Source: Camelus dromedarius
Taxonomy: Eukaryota
Reading direction: 5' to 3'
Assembly: GCF_036321535.1 (NCBI RefSeq)
Contig: NC_087436.1
Coordinates: 66,218,001-66,282,000 of the forward strand
DNA: 64,000 bases
Part shown: positions 1 through 14,217 of the stretch, one piece after another
How the letters are laid out: every line of letters starts with the position of its first letter
Numbering within the stretch: position 1 is the first letter of the stretch
Notes under the pieces: model-generated
What the model saw: the letters and a program-made list of their open reading frames with translations, nothing else
Told to the model about the DNA's origin: nothing
The model's database searches: none
Position numbers and translations under genes: made by a program

Positions 1-86
1 TCTGCTTATATTAGAAGAGACAGCAGAGCAGGATTTTCCACAGACTCACAAGCCTGAAGAAAAAAAATAAATAAAAAGCACAAAAA

Positions 87-1169
87 CAACCTACAGAATG
101 GGAAAAAATTTTTACAAATGAAACCGACAAAGGCTTGATCTCCAGAATATATAAGCAGCTCATACAACCTAATAAGAAAAAAAAAGCAACCCAATCCAAA
201 AATGGGCAGAAGACCTAAACAAGCAATTCTCCAAGGAAGACATACAAATGATCAATAGGCATATGAAAAAATGCTCAATATCACTAATTATCAGAGAAAT
301 GCAAATCAAAACTACAATGAGGTATCACCTCACACCAGTCAGAATGGCCATCATTCAAAAATACACAAATGACAAATGCTGGAGAGGCTGTGGAGAAAAG
401 GGAACCCTCCTACACTGCTGGTGGGAATGCAGTTTGGTGCAGCCACTGTGGAAAACAGTAGGGAGATTCCTCAAAAGACTAGGAATAGACTTACCATATG
501 ACCCAGGAATCCCGCTCCTGGTCATATATCCAGAAGGAACCCTACTTCAGGATGACACCTGCACCCCAATGGTCATAGCAGCACTATTTACAATAGCCAA
601 GACATGGAGACAGCCTAAATGTCCATCAACAGATGACTGGATACAGAAGATGTGGTATATTTATACAATAGAATACTACTCAGCCATAAAAACCAACAAT
701 ATAACGCCATTTGCAGCAACATGGATGCTCTTGGAGAATGTCATTCTAAGTGAAGTAAGCCAGAAAGAGAAAGAAAAACACCATATGAGATTGCTCATAT
801 GTGGATTCTTAAAAAAAAAAAAAAAATCATAAATACAAAACAGAAATAGACTCATAGACATAGAATACAAACTTGTGGTTGCCAAGAGGGTGAGGGGTGG
901 GAAGGGATAGATACAATTTCAAAATTGTAGACTAGATAAACAATATTATACTGTATAGCACAGGGAAATATATACAAGATCTTATGGTAGCTCGCAGAGA
1001 AAAAAATGTGATAATGAATATATATATATATATATGTTCATGTATAACTGAAAAATTGTGCTCTACACTGGAATTTGACACAACATTGTAAAATGATTAT
1101 AAATCAATAAAAATGTTAAAAAAATAAAAAATAAAATCTGAACTCTTCAAAAAAATTAAAAATAAAAAA
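87..1169 (+). mobile_element. 5'-truncated, relatively young LINE-1 (ORF2 C-terminus, 3' UTR, A-rich tail), camelid-type
   Basis: ORF 248-832 is the L1 ORF2 C-terminus with the cysteine-rich motif [18 protein letters not shown]. The upstream QPTEWEKIF...DKGLISRIYKQL segment is in another frame (frameshift in the A9 run at 177-185). AATAAA at about 1106 precedes the A-rich tail. The direct repeat AAATAAAAAGCACAAAAA at 69-86 and 1170-1187 is the TSD. The element is antisense to TECRL. Confidence 0.95.
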
Positions 1170-4100
1170 AAATAAAAAGCACAAAAAAACACAGACTTTA
1201 TGCTCAATAAAGAAGGATAATTCCTAGTAAAAGCCCAATCTTTCCATTGCAATTATAAAATAATAGCCAGTCAGAAATAGATCAGTCTTTTTCAGGGAAT
1301 GAAGCTGCATTTTGAATACCTGTTTAGATTCAAGTGTTCTGTAATTTCAAAAGTCCAGTCCTACTGCCTGAGGAAGCAAAAATAAATCTGGAGAGATACA
1401 ACTATATCCAGAGTCTTTAATTACCTCTACATTTTTTCATGTTTTCAAATTTTAATGAATGGCAATTGGACTGAGAACAGATTTCTAAATGACAGCAATA
1501 AGAGATGTTGGCCAAATAGTTTCCAAATAGAGTATTTTTTTCATGTAAAATAAGAACATTATTAGTTAGACTGACAAATCTTATGCTCAATAGACCCTTT
1601 CTGTCTGTTACTAGATGAATATCTAAAGGATCAACTTTGAGAAAAAGAACTTATCCCAGGAATAAGAGGTGAAATAAACTAAACAATATTGAGCAAATAA
1701 ATTAACATATAAGTAGATGATTTATATAAAATAGCAGTGTATTTATGTAACTTGATTATATAAAGTAATAATGATAAAAAATAATAATTTATGTTAATAT
1801 ACAAGAATAAATAAAATACTGGAATGCAATAATGTCCAAAATGGAAAGTATTCTCTGGATTTAAAGTATTTGAATTTGTAAAATTTAGGAAGAATGTAGA
1901 AATGGTTATTAATCTCAGATTTGAATAAAAGGCTTTTAAATAATTTTTGAAAATTTTTTACTAAAATTTTATATACCTATGAAGCCAAACTTCCTTTATA
2001 ACATCCATCTGTTTTCCTTGTTCTGGCATCCCAAAATGTACAGAACTTTCTCCTTTCCTGTCTGACAAAAATCCCTGCTCCAATTGGGAAGTTCTCATGC
2101 GTACAAAACAATATTAAGGGACAAAGTATTGACCAAGCCATGGAATGCTAAATAGGAAATACTATGGCATTACAGAATGCCATGTGCACATTGCATTACC
2201 ACTTTGGTTATATTGCTTTATTAGTTAGTACTTTTATGCTCTTTCTAAACAATAAAAGCCTAAAAGCCTCAACAAAAGGACAGGCACATGAATTCTGTTT
2301 CTTTTCTCATAAGAAATAAACATCAAATATCATACAGAACTCTTCCTTTCTGATGATTTAATATTGTTGAAGCAGTTGTTTTATTTGTGAGAAATGATTC
2401 ATTCATTACAGCACTTCACTAGAACTAAATGAACCATTTTATTCCCTGCACACCATTTCTTTGCAGTCTTACAAATGCCACCTACATAATTAAATGATCA
2501 GGCTAAAATGGAATCAAAGAAATCAGTAAAAATGTGTGATAGTATTTATGTGTCTAAAAATTGAGAGAACCATTTCCTATCTCATACTGAATAACAACAA
2601 CAAAAAGTTTTAGCACTCAAACTAGCACCAATGTGTATAATTTTGCTGACCTTGAAAAGAAAATGCATCTGCTAGAGAGTTTGCTATTACAAAGTGCTCA
2701 AATGAGAAAGTCAGAGTGTTACAACACTGTATAATCAGCAACCACAAAGCAAGGCTTCTGTAGGAAAACAGACATGGTTCTAAAAATGGAGTATTTAAAA
2801 GCTGCATAAACAAATATTCAGTTATAAAATAAAGAGTATGGAAGCAAGAGACCAAAAGTAACAAGCCAATTTCACAGTAAAATACAAGGCACAAAGCAAG
2901 AAAATATGGGACAGAAAAAGAGCATACAGAATACAAATGAACTATTTCTTTTTATCTTCTCTGGTTTAAGTTTATAACCAGTTTGTTTACTTAATTACCC
3001 ACTGTACTTCTAAGGGGCCACCGAGGTTGATCATCATGCCTACATGCCCAGTTACTTTAGAGATCACTAGCTGTCTAAGTCTCCCAGAACATCCATCATC
3101 ACAGTGGTATTTCTCCTAATTTGTCTTTGTGCAACCACTTGTCAGAACTGTCCACCTCTCTATGTCTTCTTAGACTTATCCAGTGTGCTTTAGGGCATTT
3201 ATAGTCTGCCATCAGCAAAACCTTTTAAATCAACAACTTCCACTGGGGGGAAAAAAATCCCTCTATCTTAGTTGAATATAAAACTTTTCTGCATCTTCTT
3301 CAAGTGGTGTTGGTCTTTATGCCAAACTCACTCAATTGTGGACCTAAAAATATATTAGGAATCGTCCTTGCTATTAAATCCAAAACATTTGTTCTCCATT
3401 CTCCTCCTGGGATACCTATCACCAGACTGTACTGTTGCTATCTGTGATGGAATGATCTTTACATCTAAACCACTGAAGACTTTTTAAGTCAAAGCATCCT
3501 CTCCACCTCTACTCATTTACCATGGTGACTTTAATATCACTTAAATTCTCTGTCCTTTAGTTCCTTGATCTACTCATCTAAATGTTCTCTATCTACTCTC
3601 TCACTCTTTCTCAGTCTTGTGCTCACCAATAAATGTATCACCTCCAAAGCACATATTTCAAACATCCTACGTTCTCATCACCACTACCTTTTCTTTATAT
3701 TTAATTAAGTTAGTATTTCTAGCTCAAAAAAATTTTGATTCTCCAAGTTCTTCCCAACAATTATGTTACTATTTTCACTATGATAAGTTTCTTATTTCTC
3801 CCACTTTTTAATTTTTCTCTAAGCCCAATTCTAGTTTCCATAACTGTAATCACATGCTAATCAATGGTCTTAACTACTTTGCCCAACATTCCCTCTGTCT
3901 CACTACCTGGAAAACACTAAAACTTGTTATATTCAACTATTCCATTTTCTGAGTATGAATATGAGTTTTTGAATGTCTTTCCCCCGATACTATCACTTCT
4001 CTGATTTACCTAATACTATAAGAGTAAGCAGATCCCAGAATTGCTTCCCAGTTACTTTCCCCCCTTACCCTGTTTTTATCTAAAATTATTTTATGTACAT

Positions 4101-4339
4101 ATTAAGATGTGTAGTATACATTTCTTCTTACTGTTGCACAGCATCGAGAAAACAGGTAACTATAATAATTTTTATTACTTTAATATATGCAGTAATTAGA
4201 AGACTGCCTGGCACAAAGAAATGTGTGTTTTTTTAAGAAGAATTGGCATGGTTTTAATTAAATGTGACATTACTTATTTATAATAAATCTTTTCCCTATA
4301 TAATGAGTAGTGTTTTGTTGCTGCTTAATTGAGAATTCT

Positions 4340-4530
4340 GTGGACACTGACTGGGTTAAAATTCTGAGACTATAATCTACCAGTTGTCTTTCTTATCTTG
4401 GGCGTTTTACCTCTCTGAATCTTATTTTTCTTATCTATTAGGAAAAAATTAAAATAAAAGAAGGATAACATAGTCACCTAACTCTTAATGTTTTGAGATT
4501 TAACTGAGATTATGCATGCAAATTACCAAA
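4340..4530 (+). mobile_element. MIR SINE (degenerate)
   Basis: ctgggttaaaattctgag...tcttgggcgttttacctctctgaatcttatttttcttatcta. Confidence 0.5.
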
Positions 4531-7479
4531 ATTTATTAAGAATTAATTTGAAAATGTGGTATCTGTGAGAAAGATTTGTGTCTGCTGAAATTAACAAAGG
4601 TAAGAGGAAAACAGACCATAAATATTTCCAAGAAAGCACATGTGCAGATTGAGCCAGGTAAGAAATAGATGCTGTGATACAGTGTCTAATCATCTACATC
4701 TTCATGTGTTCATGTTAGGTACTTTTCATTTAGCTACTGTACCTCAATGGTGCAAAATGATCATGCTCATTAAGAATGTGTATGAACAATTGTAAATTCC
4801 ACATTATGCTAATATAATTCTATTTATCAATTAAAAATGAACTAAATAGATTTACAGAAACAAATAGAGCAAATAAATACTAGAGTATGAATAATTTCAC
4901 AGTCAAAATACAGTTGCTGTTGAACAAAACCAAAGAAGCATTACCCACCCTATCCCTCAAATTATATATTAAATATATTTATCTTTGACACCAAGGTAAA
5001 CACACATACCCATACACATAAGAGTATAAGGACATTATGGAGACCTTCTGTGCCATAAGGAGCTTGAACTTGATGCTGGAAGCAGTAAGGTAGTAAGGGT
5101 AAGATACCAGAGCAGGTCAATATATGAGCAAACATATCTAGTAGGAAGCTACTGCAGATATCTAGATTAATTACAAAAACTTGAACTGTCATTTTGAGAA
5201 TTATAGTAATTTATAGATTTCAAATATACCAATAGTATAGAATTGATATTTTTTAGTAGTAGTCATTTATTTAAGTCAGAGGCCTCTTTCAGAAAATTGC
5301 ATTGTAACACACAGCGTAAGAATTTTAATAAATATACTTATAATATGGCTGTATATACACACATACATGATTAGTTGCTCTTATAATTGAGGTATTTCAA
5401 TTGTTTTGGGATTGGGAAGTTTACATTAATTTGTAATTCTCCAAACCCTTTAGCTTCAAATATAAACAAAACACCTAGGATGAATATGGCTTCTTATTAT
5501 CAAACTACTATAAATACTGAGAAATCCAAAAACAGTCTTCAGCTAAGGCAGATAAACAGTTCAGAAGGTGAAAATCTTCCATGTCAATAAATCATAGGGC
5601 ATTTTAATGACATTTTTGCACTGCAAGATGATTCACTATGAAGTATGTTTTATTATATATTGTCCCAAGGATTACTTCTTTTCAGTTTTCACCTACTGGG
5701 ACTTGGGAAAAACCTTGAATGTTTCCAGATTGAATCTATTCCCCGAGCTTTGTGTGTCAAAATACTAATGAATTGCTCTGAGATGTCTGCAAGATATAGA
5801 AGTTACTGAGATTCCACATTGGCTGTTTAATATACAGTTGAGAGTTCTGAGGAGACAGTTTTGACTTCATTCATCCACTTGTGATATTTTCTAAACCATG
5901 GAATTGTTTAGAGCACACAAAAAGAGAAAAATAAATATATAATTCAAAGGGGAAAGCGTTGAAGATAGAACCTGGGTAGTAGTAATATTTAAGAGGCCTC
6001 AGAATGATGAGCAGTCCTCAAAAGAGTCTGAGACTGAGAGGTCAGAGAAGATAAAAATCAGGTATAGTATCTTAGAATCAAGTGGGCAGAGAGTTAAATA
6101 CAAAAGCAAACAACAACAACAACAAACAAACAAAACGAAGACGATCAAAGAGAAGAGCTGGGTACCATGTCAAAAGCAGTTGAGAGTTCAAGTTACAAAT
6201 GACTAAAAATGATCCATTGCCTTAGCAAAAAAGAAACGGCAGTGGCCTTAGAAAGATCTTTGGCATGCCGACAATGGAAACTATTTTGAAGTGACTGCTA
6301 AGTGATGGATTGGAGGAGTGATCATATTGCTAAAAGTGGTTTGTAAGTTGAGATAGTCTTGATAAAAGAATAAAGAGGAAGCATTTGAAGATATAGGAAA
6401 AACGAGGCTTAAAATAATAAATCTTCTAAGGATATGGAGAGAGGACTGCATAGAGGAGCTGAGAACTTGATACGAATCAATCAGTGAGAGAGCAGTTTTG
6501 ATAAAGTACAAAATAAACTGTTAAGCTAGATGATAAATCAGAAGACAGGTGGTGTTCTAGAGATTATGTATATTTGTGAGTTCCAGAAACTGGAAATCCT
6601 GAAGCCAAAGAGTGAGATATTTGGAAGGTAGATGGTCCAGTGATTTATTGTTTCTAACATTAGAATTCACTTCTAACTAATGAAAAATCTCATGGTGTGG
6701 ACAAGGCAGCAAGTAGCGAAAGCAGAGTGGAAGTGAAAATTCAGAAAATCAAGTAGTTTTAATACTGGCATATATTGGACGGTTATTATTTTAGATGTAA
6801 TTTTTAATGTAATGCCAAGGCCTAGAATGAAGGCAAAATCTCTTAGCCAGATTCTAGAGCTTTCAAAGAAAATAGAGAAAGGTTGGGTAGGTAAATACAA
6901 AACATAAGACGAATGAAAGGTAGTAAACTAGAATAACATGAATCTTATAGTAAGTGAAGTTTTATGTGAAAGAAAACTTAATGATTTAAATTTTAAAAGT
7001 TAACTAGATGAGTGGTGTAATGTGGATTATGACAAAATATACAGATTTTACTTGATAACCACTCAGTCAACTTCAAAATTATACTATAGATATGTCTATG
7101 TAAAATATTCTTTCTAGATTAAATCTCACACACATTTAAGGTCTGTATACTAAAATGCACAGAATATACATATAATACCATGTAATACTACCCTATAATC
7201 ATTTAGGTGATACTATGACTAGAAGCTGTTTCAATGTGGCTTTATTCTACGAATATTTTACTCTAACCCATTTCGAAAGAGAACTAGGACTCATTAAAAT
7301 AAATGCTGGAAATATAATAGTGCTATACAGGGTCATATTTGGTAAGTATTAAAACTGAAATATAGCTGTATTATATAAATATTAAGATTATAATATTTGC
7401 AAAACATTATGTTCCTGAAAATACCTAAATTCAACTTCACGGAGCCCTAAAAATAAATGAAAGTGATGTCAAGAAAATA

Positions 7480-8670
7480 TCTGATCAAAATTATGAGTGA
7501 AAGAACAGAGACAATATTATACAATATAAATGATCATGGAAGACATTTTTAGAGTAGAATTGATTCTCTAAAATTTAGATGTTGTTAAAAAAATGTATAA
7601 GTATATGTAAATGAGAGAAAATAGCTGTATATATTTATTGTTAATATATGAGAGGAATTTAAAATTATAAAAATGATAAGACAACTGAAAAGGTGAGAAT
7701 CTTATACTCCATTCTTACACCAGGATATAGTCCAGAGATTAAAACAATTTATGTAAAAAATAAAATCATTACTTACAAGAGTGCAAATAAAACACAAATC
7801 AACATTTTTAAAAATTGGAGGATGAATAAATGCTTCTAAATAAGCCACACAAAACAGGAAGTATAAAATAAGTAATTGACAAAGTTAAATTTAAAAGATT
7901 TATTTTTCCAGAAGAAAATTTGAAAAAAGGTGTCTGTGGCCTATAGACTAATTCATGAAGGCCTTATATATCATTAAGGCAATAAAAACATCCAAATAAA
8001 CAAATATGTGGGTGAAGACCACAAACAGGTAATATAAAAAATATAAAAAATCATAAATAAAAGTATGAAAAACTTCACTAGTCATCCAATACATAGAATC
8101 TAATACTACATAAAATATTTTTCCACTCATCAATTATCAAAAATTAATCTCCATAAATATCCAGTATTATTGAGAAAAGGTGAAAAAAAGACATTCAAAA
8201 GTAGTTTTCAGTCTGTAAATTAGGAGAAAAAATTTGCAGGACATGTTAGGATTTCAAGTATGACTAATGTTCACAAACATGGATTATCCTAGTGAATATA
8301 TCAGTGCATGGTACATGGTAAATATTCAGTAAATATTTTTCAACATTCAATAAATATACATAATATTGCTTTATTATGGGAACAATTTAATATATGCGCC
8401 AGAGATTTTGTATTGCTTATTCAAGCAAAAGCAAATCTCCAGTAATATTGATGATGTAAACTATTGACATAAAAATGTATCTAGAAAATGTACTGACAGA
8501 AAAAGCTGTTACTGAATAATGTATAAAATAGGTGAAATTATGTGTATCGGCATAGAGAAGTATCTGCATAATATTAGTGAAAATGTTAATAATAGATGGA
8601 TAATGCTTTACTCTAAAGTTTTTATATTTTTGGAAATTTACCTTGTACATTATTCATTTTATTATAGTGA
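7480..8670 (+). mobile_element. Highly degenerate old L1 (L1ME-like) remnant
   Basis: A-rich strand with weak L1-like words (aatgatcatggaagac, ttgacaaagttaaatttaaaagatt, aacttcactagtcatcc). Confidence 0.35.
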
Positions 8671-11600
8671 AAGGTGAAGCTATTATTATCTTGCAAAAAT
8701 AATCTTATTTATTGAATTTGTTGTTTTGCCAACAAAGGTTATACAAATCAAAGAAAAAAATCATGCGTGAAAGAGACATTGACACACTACTATCTTTTCA
8801 GATTAGAGAGAATATTGTTCTACAATTTAGCATATACACATTTAAAAATAATAATATTTATATTTTCAAGAGATTTATAACAGGATCTGAGTAAACTATT
8901 TGATTATGACCTGTTTTATGAAACATGAAAAATGAAACATGTTTTTAACCAACTAGATAGATGAGAAAACAGATAAGAACAAATAACCCACTTTACGACA
9001 TTTTCTTGCAATAACAAAGCATTGTTAACAAAACATTTTCCAAGCTCATGTGCTTGTTTTTAGATTGTTTACATAGAATTCCACTGTGATGCATTCCCAG
9101 TCTTTTGGAAAATTTCCTTAAGGAAGAAAATCCCAGGAAAGAGAGACTAATGCTTCAAGCTATGTCTTAATAAGCTCCCTTGCTCTTTTATATTACTTAT
9201 CATACATTATTTCCATAATCCTGCTATTGAATGCCATTTAATCAGAAACAGTAGTTGTCAAAAACAAAACAAAAGTTCCTAAAAAGAAAGAAAAAAAAGT
9301 AAAAGGGAAAAGAAACAGAAAATGACATGCTTTTTAAAGTTTGGGAGATGATCTTTGACTTTGTACCAGTGGTTTTAGTTCTTTGTGTGCTTTCTGAATT
9401 TGTATTGTTGAGAGCATTCCATTTTAGAGTATGATAGCCGATCTTTCTCACTGTCCAGATATCTATATCCCTTTAAAATTTAAATGTCCTAACACAGTGT
9501 CATATTCAAATATAAATTGGAAATCAATCATTTGCTATAGACTATCTCTTCTAATAGTTGATGTGTCTATAACGTAGGTACATGCTCAAGATCAAATATG
9601 CTAACCTAATTATTTTGGTACTTGGGGATTATAAAAAAATGTTTCATAATATCAGGCTCTGGAAACATCAGCATGTCATGAAAGATGAATGAAAATAACC
9701 CTGTCATTGCACAGCAATACACAGCTTTAAAGGCTGTACCATAAGAGAGACAAAACAATTTATATGAGATCACACCTCACGCACTTTTCATATTGTTATT
9801 AGTTACGGCAGTTTTATTACATGAACCTTGACTGGCAAAATGGCCATCCCTTCCTGACAGTTTGATCTCCTTAGATTCTACAATCACATATCACATACAT
9901 AAATAGAATTCTCAACACTTATGGAAGTATCCAATGACATTAAGTACAGAGCAGTGTAAATTTGACCAGTATTTTAACGTAGTCACAGTGAGAAGTCCAT
10001 TTTTAATACCTAGGATATTAATATGTGCCATTGCTTTGTATTGTGGTTTAGATTGAAACCACAAAGAAATCACTGGCTTAAGTAAGACATTTAAGAGATG
10101 TACTTATGGCAAGGGCCTTTTAGTTAGTTAAGAAGACTTAGAGACAACAAAATTGTACTAGTCTTTACATCATTAACTGATTTTTAAAATAGAAAACATT
10201 TATGAGGTTATCATAAAAATTGTTTTGAACAATGTATCATTACACTTTGTGATTTACAGTACATACTAGAGTAATAGGATAGATTTGAAATGTAGTTTCT
10301 TCTCAAAATATTATTTCAGTATGTTTGCAGCTCTTGATATTATGTTGGTGATACATTCTTTAGTTTTCTTTATCATTTTTATATTAATATGCCAATCTTA
10401 AGAAAAAATAAATCACAATTTCCCTGAAATTTCAAGGAAACTTATAAGAAAGCCTGTATAATCACTTTTTTTTTTAGAGATTTGACATTCCTCTTTATTA
10501 CCATGTATAAGTTGTTGAACTGTTTTGAAATTTACTGAAGAAAAAGAAAGGTAAAAATATCCTATCAGCTACTTTTGAGGCTCAAGAGCGGATCTGTGGC
10601 CACACAGAGTAACATGGATAAACTTTAATGTAAAATAAAATTTTCATAATTTATAACTAATAGATTCAATGTTAATCAATTTTATGTGGTCATTCAATTT
10701 GTGTGTGTTTGTGTGGGTGGATGGGTAGGTGCTTGCACACATGAGTGTTCTGCATGCCAGAAAGTCTTGATGGCTAGACTACAAATACTCCTCTTTTTAG
10801 TAACATAGCATAGTTCCTAATTACTTAACTTGAGTAATTATTTTTGCTACTAAAGTACTTTTTCAACTATAGTAGCAAAAAATGTGTTTTTAAGATTAAA
10901 CTGAAAATACATACAGTTTGTGATGTTTGAGTTATTTATGTGGACACAAATATTTCACATGAAATAAAATTTTGTAAATTACCAAATACTGTTGGCTTCA
11001 AAATTATGATTCTTTCTCTAAAACTGAAAAAAAATTAACAGTATTTGGCATAAAATTTAAATGATGCATACAGAATGCTAAATGAAGAAGAGATATTTTA
11101 AAAATCCTGCCGAAATTTAAATAGGTGAAATATAGTTCATGAAATTTCACATTTTTCCTGAAATTTTTTCAAAGTCATCAAGGATACAGCTAACTGACAG
11201 ATCTCTTTTGTTATTTTCAGTTCAGGAAGGCCCATATAATCCAGTTTCTTACTTTACAGGGGCACATTTCTTAGAATTTCTTCGAAGATCAGAACATCAA
11301 CACTGACAGGTTTTATTAACTCAATTTTGAAATCTACATGTAATATAAAAAATTTGGTGATATTGCTGCGTACTTGTAAATGATCCTTTAGAATCTTATT
11401 GATTAAATTTCTAGAAGGTGAATAGCCACTTAATTCCCATAACTTTCAGAAAATGTAATTTTGACTTACTGAAGAATAAATAACCTACCAAATTATCTAT
11501 TTCTCTATGTAAATTATTGACAAAGCTCATAATTCCTTTTGCTGAGGAAGTTATTAGAGAAAGTACGTTAGCTACTTCTTGAGTTAGCAGTAGAGGGCTT

Positions 11601-12484
11601 TTTTAATGAAAACATTCTGCCACTTCTTTCCTTGGTGACATTTATCATTTTTCTTGCTTCTTTTGTTGAGAGATCAGGGTATTCTACAGCCTTGTCCAGG
11701 AGGCTCCTTTCAGATCGCCAAGAGAATACTCATTACTCTATGCTATATGTGATAAATCTTTCTACTGTTACCTTTGTTTTGAGTTACTCTCCTTGAACCT
11801 TTCAAACTTTAGCAATGTTTATACCCCCCTGGCTTTTTGGCAAGGATGTATATGCATTGAAACTCTTACAGTAAATTATATATCCTTTCATGCGGATGAA
11901 ACTAGTTGTTCTACTAATTGCATTGTTCCTTCTTTGCTTTCTTCCCAGGGCTCTTTTTGGGAGCTGCAGAGACAAGTGGTCCAATAGATTATAAACATCA
12001 CTGAAACTTTTATGGTGTTGTCAACTAATAGATGACATACTAGTCATGGGCAAAATGATTTTGCATTTTCTTTCAGAAACTTCTTTTATGACCCAGAATC
12101 AGTTCACAAATTACACTTCAGCTGATTGTCATTATTTTTTACCCCAGTTCATATATTACTAATTCTTAGATTAGTCCAGCAGTAGAAAATTTCATTTGCA
12201 ATTTCAAGCCACATTAGAATTTTTTCCTTTTATTCGTATTAACAGCTGTTTTTAATTTAATAGTTGGTCTTATGGTGCCATATGGCATTAGACAAGGACT
12301 TCAGTTATTGTAACCAATTGTGAAGTATTCTATGTGTTATTTATTGCATAATTTCCAAAATAACTTCTAGTTAGTTCCCTGTTTGCAAATGAGACTAGTG
12401 ATAACCTCTCCCAACAGAGATACATAGGTGCTATTTAGATTTCTTCCTGAAGAAATTAACAAAAAATATGACTCAGTAAAACAG

Positions 12485-12740
12485 AGGCAATAGAGTTTAG
12501 TGATTAGAGTCCAGGGTCCAGAGTCATATTCACTGAGTTTAAATTCCAGCTCTGCCACTTTAACTATGTGACCTTGGGCAAGTTATTTTATCTTTTTTGT
12601 TAAAGACTTTCATCTGTAATCTTTTAGTAGTACTAGAAAATAATAATTCTGCTGGATGATTCATAGAGTTGTATTTTGTAAAATTTGCTACATGGAATTA
12701 TCTTTGGAGATTCATGACACATTGAATATTTGACGAAAGT
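12485..12740 (+). mobile_element. MIR SINE
   Basis: MIR core: aaattccagctctgccactttaactatgtgaccttgggcaagttattt...tttcatctgtaa. Confidence 0.8.
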
Positions 12741-13084
12741 TAACTATTTATTTTTATTATTATAAATGTTAATAAAAGATGGCTAGAACAGAACATGCAA
12801 AGATGTTATAAATCACAGTATTTCATAGCAAGTACTCAACTTTGATGCTTGCTATAACTATAAACAAGACAAATGTCATAAGGAAATAGTTTTCCTTTTC
12901 CTTCCTTTTTTCATTTTCCTTCCACTTCATGATTTCCTACAATTTTCTTAATAATGTTTATCAATTTTGACAAATATGTTACTAGTCCATACAAATTCTG
13001 TGAGAAGAAAAAATTCATAGAGTACTATTCTAATTTCGTGGTGGTATTATTTCTTGTGTTTTTCTTTATTTAGTTTTTAAGCAT

Positions 13085-13830
13085 GTACTTTGGGTTCTGC
13101 ACCCAGTTCCAACAAGTGTGTAGTAGGGGAAAGTTTTCCCCCACACCAACAAGCAATTTTCAAGACACCACAGTAATGTCTTACAATTTAACTCAATTCT
13201 GACACTACCTGGAGATAGCATCAGATTCTACATGTTAAGTGTTCAGTCCTACAAAACTGCCCTCCCCTCTCCCCTCGGATGTCAATTTCAAGCCCAGATT
13301 CTCACCTATGTTTCTGACTAACTGACTTAAGAGATTCCCATGATCCCCTCCTTGGGTTCAATTAAGTTGCTAGTGTAGCTCACAGAACTCAAGTGAACCA
13401 TCTTACTTACTAATCATAAAAGGATATACCTCAGGAATAGCCAGATGGAGGAGATGCAAAGGGCAAGGTTTGGGGAATGTTGTGGAGCTTCCATGTCTGC
13501 TCTGAATCTCCACTAATTCAACAGCAGGGAAGCTCTCTGAACCTTATCCTTTTTGGTTTTTGTGGAAGCTTCATTAAATGGGCATGATTTCTTAAATGAT
13601 TGGCCACTTGCAATTGATTCACTCTCCAACCCCTCTCCCCTCTGAAAATCCCCACCCTCTAATCATTTGGTTGGTTAACCTGACAACCTAGCCAAATTTC
13701 ACCTTGTTAACAGAAACACCTTTATTGGTGTTATCACCTAGGAAATTTCAAGGGTTTTAGGCATTCTATGTCAGAAAAAGAGGACAAAGATCAAATATAT
13801 ATGTATTTTATTATAAATCACAGTATTGCA
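13085..13830 (-). mobile_element. MER21-type solo LTR
   Basis: Resembles the recalled MER21 consensus (caccaacaagcaatt...caatttaactcaattctgacactacctggagatagcatcagat...ataaatcacagtattgca). GCAT flanks both ends (13081-13084, 13831-13834) and may be a TSD. Confidence 0.75.
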
Positions 13831-14184
13831 GCATCCTAATTTATTTTGCTAATTTATTTTAATTTAAAAAGAAACACTAAAAAGCATTTATTACTTAAAA
13901 TTTTAAAATATGTTAAAACTTTTGTCTCAATGTCTCAAATGAGGATCCACAATATTTATGATGAATTACCTAGAAACAATTCATCAAGTGTTTGGTACTT
14001 TTGCTCACCTGAATCAAAATCTCACATAATTAATTTTGTCAAATATATGTAAGCTTTGATATAAACTTTGAAATATGTTTTTATTTAACTTTGAAAACAC
14101 TTAGTAGATGCCATTTAATCTGTTACATTCAATATTCTTGAAACAGTCACTGGATTTTATATCTCACCCAACTTTAAAATTGTG

Positions 14185-14192
<8 letters not shown>

Positions 14193-14217
<25 letters not shown>
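14193..14217. repeat. (TA)n microsatellite, about 12 units
   Basis: Directly visible. Confidence 0.9.

Noticed and set aside
248..832. 194-aa ORF as a host gene
   Set aside because: It is the ORF2 C-terminus of a 5'-truncated L1 with no promoter, endonuclease or RT domain.
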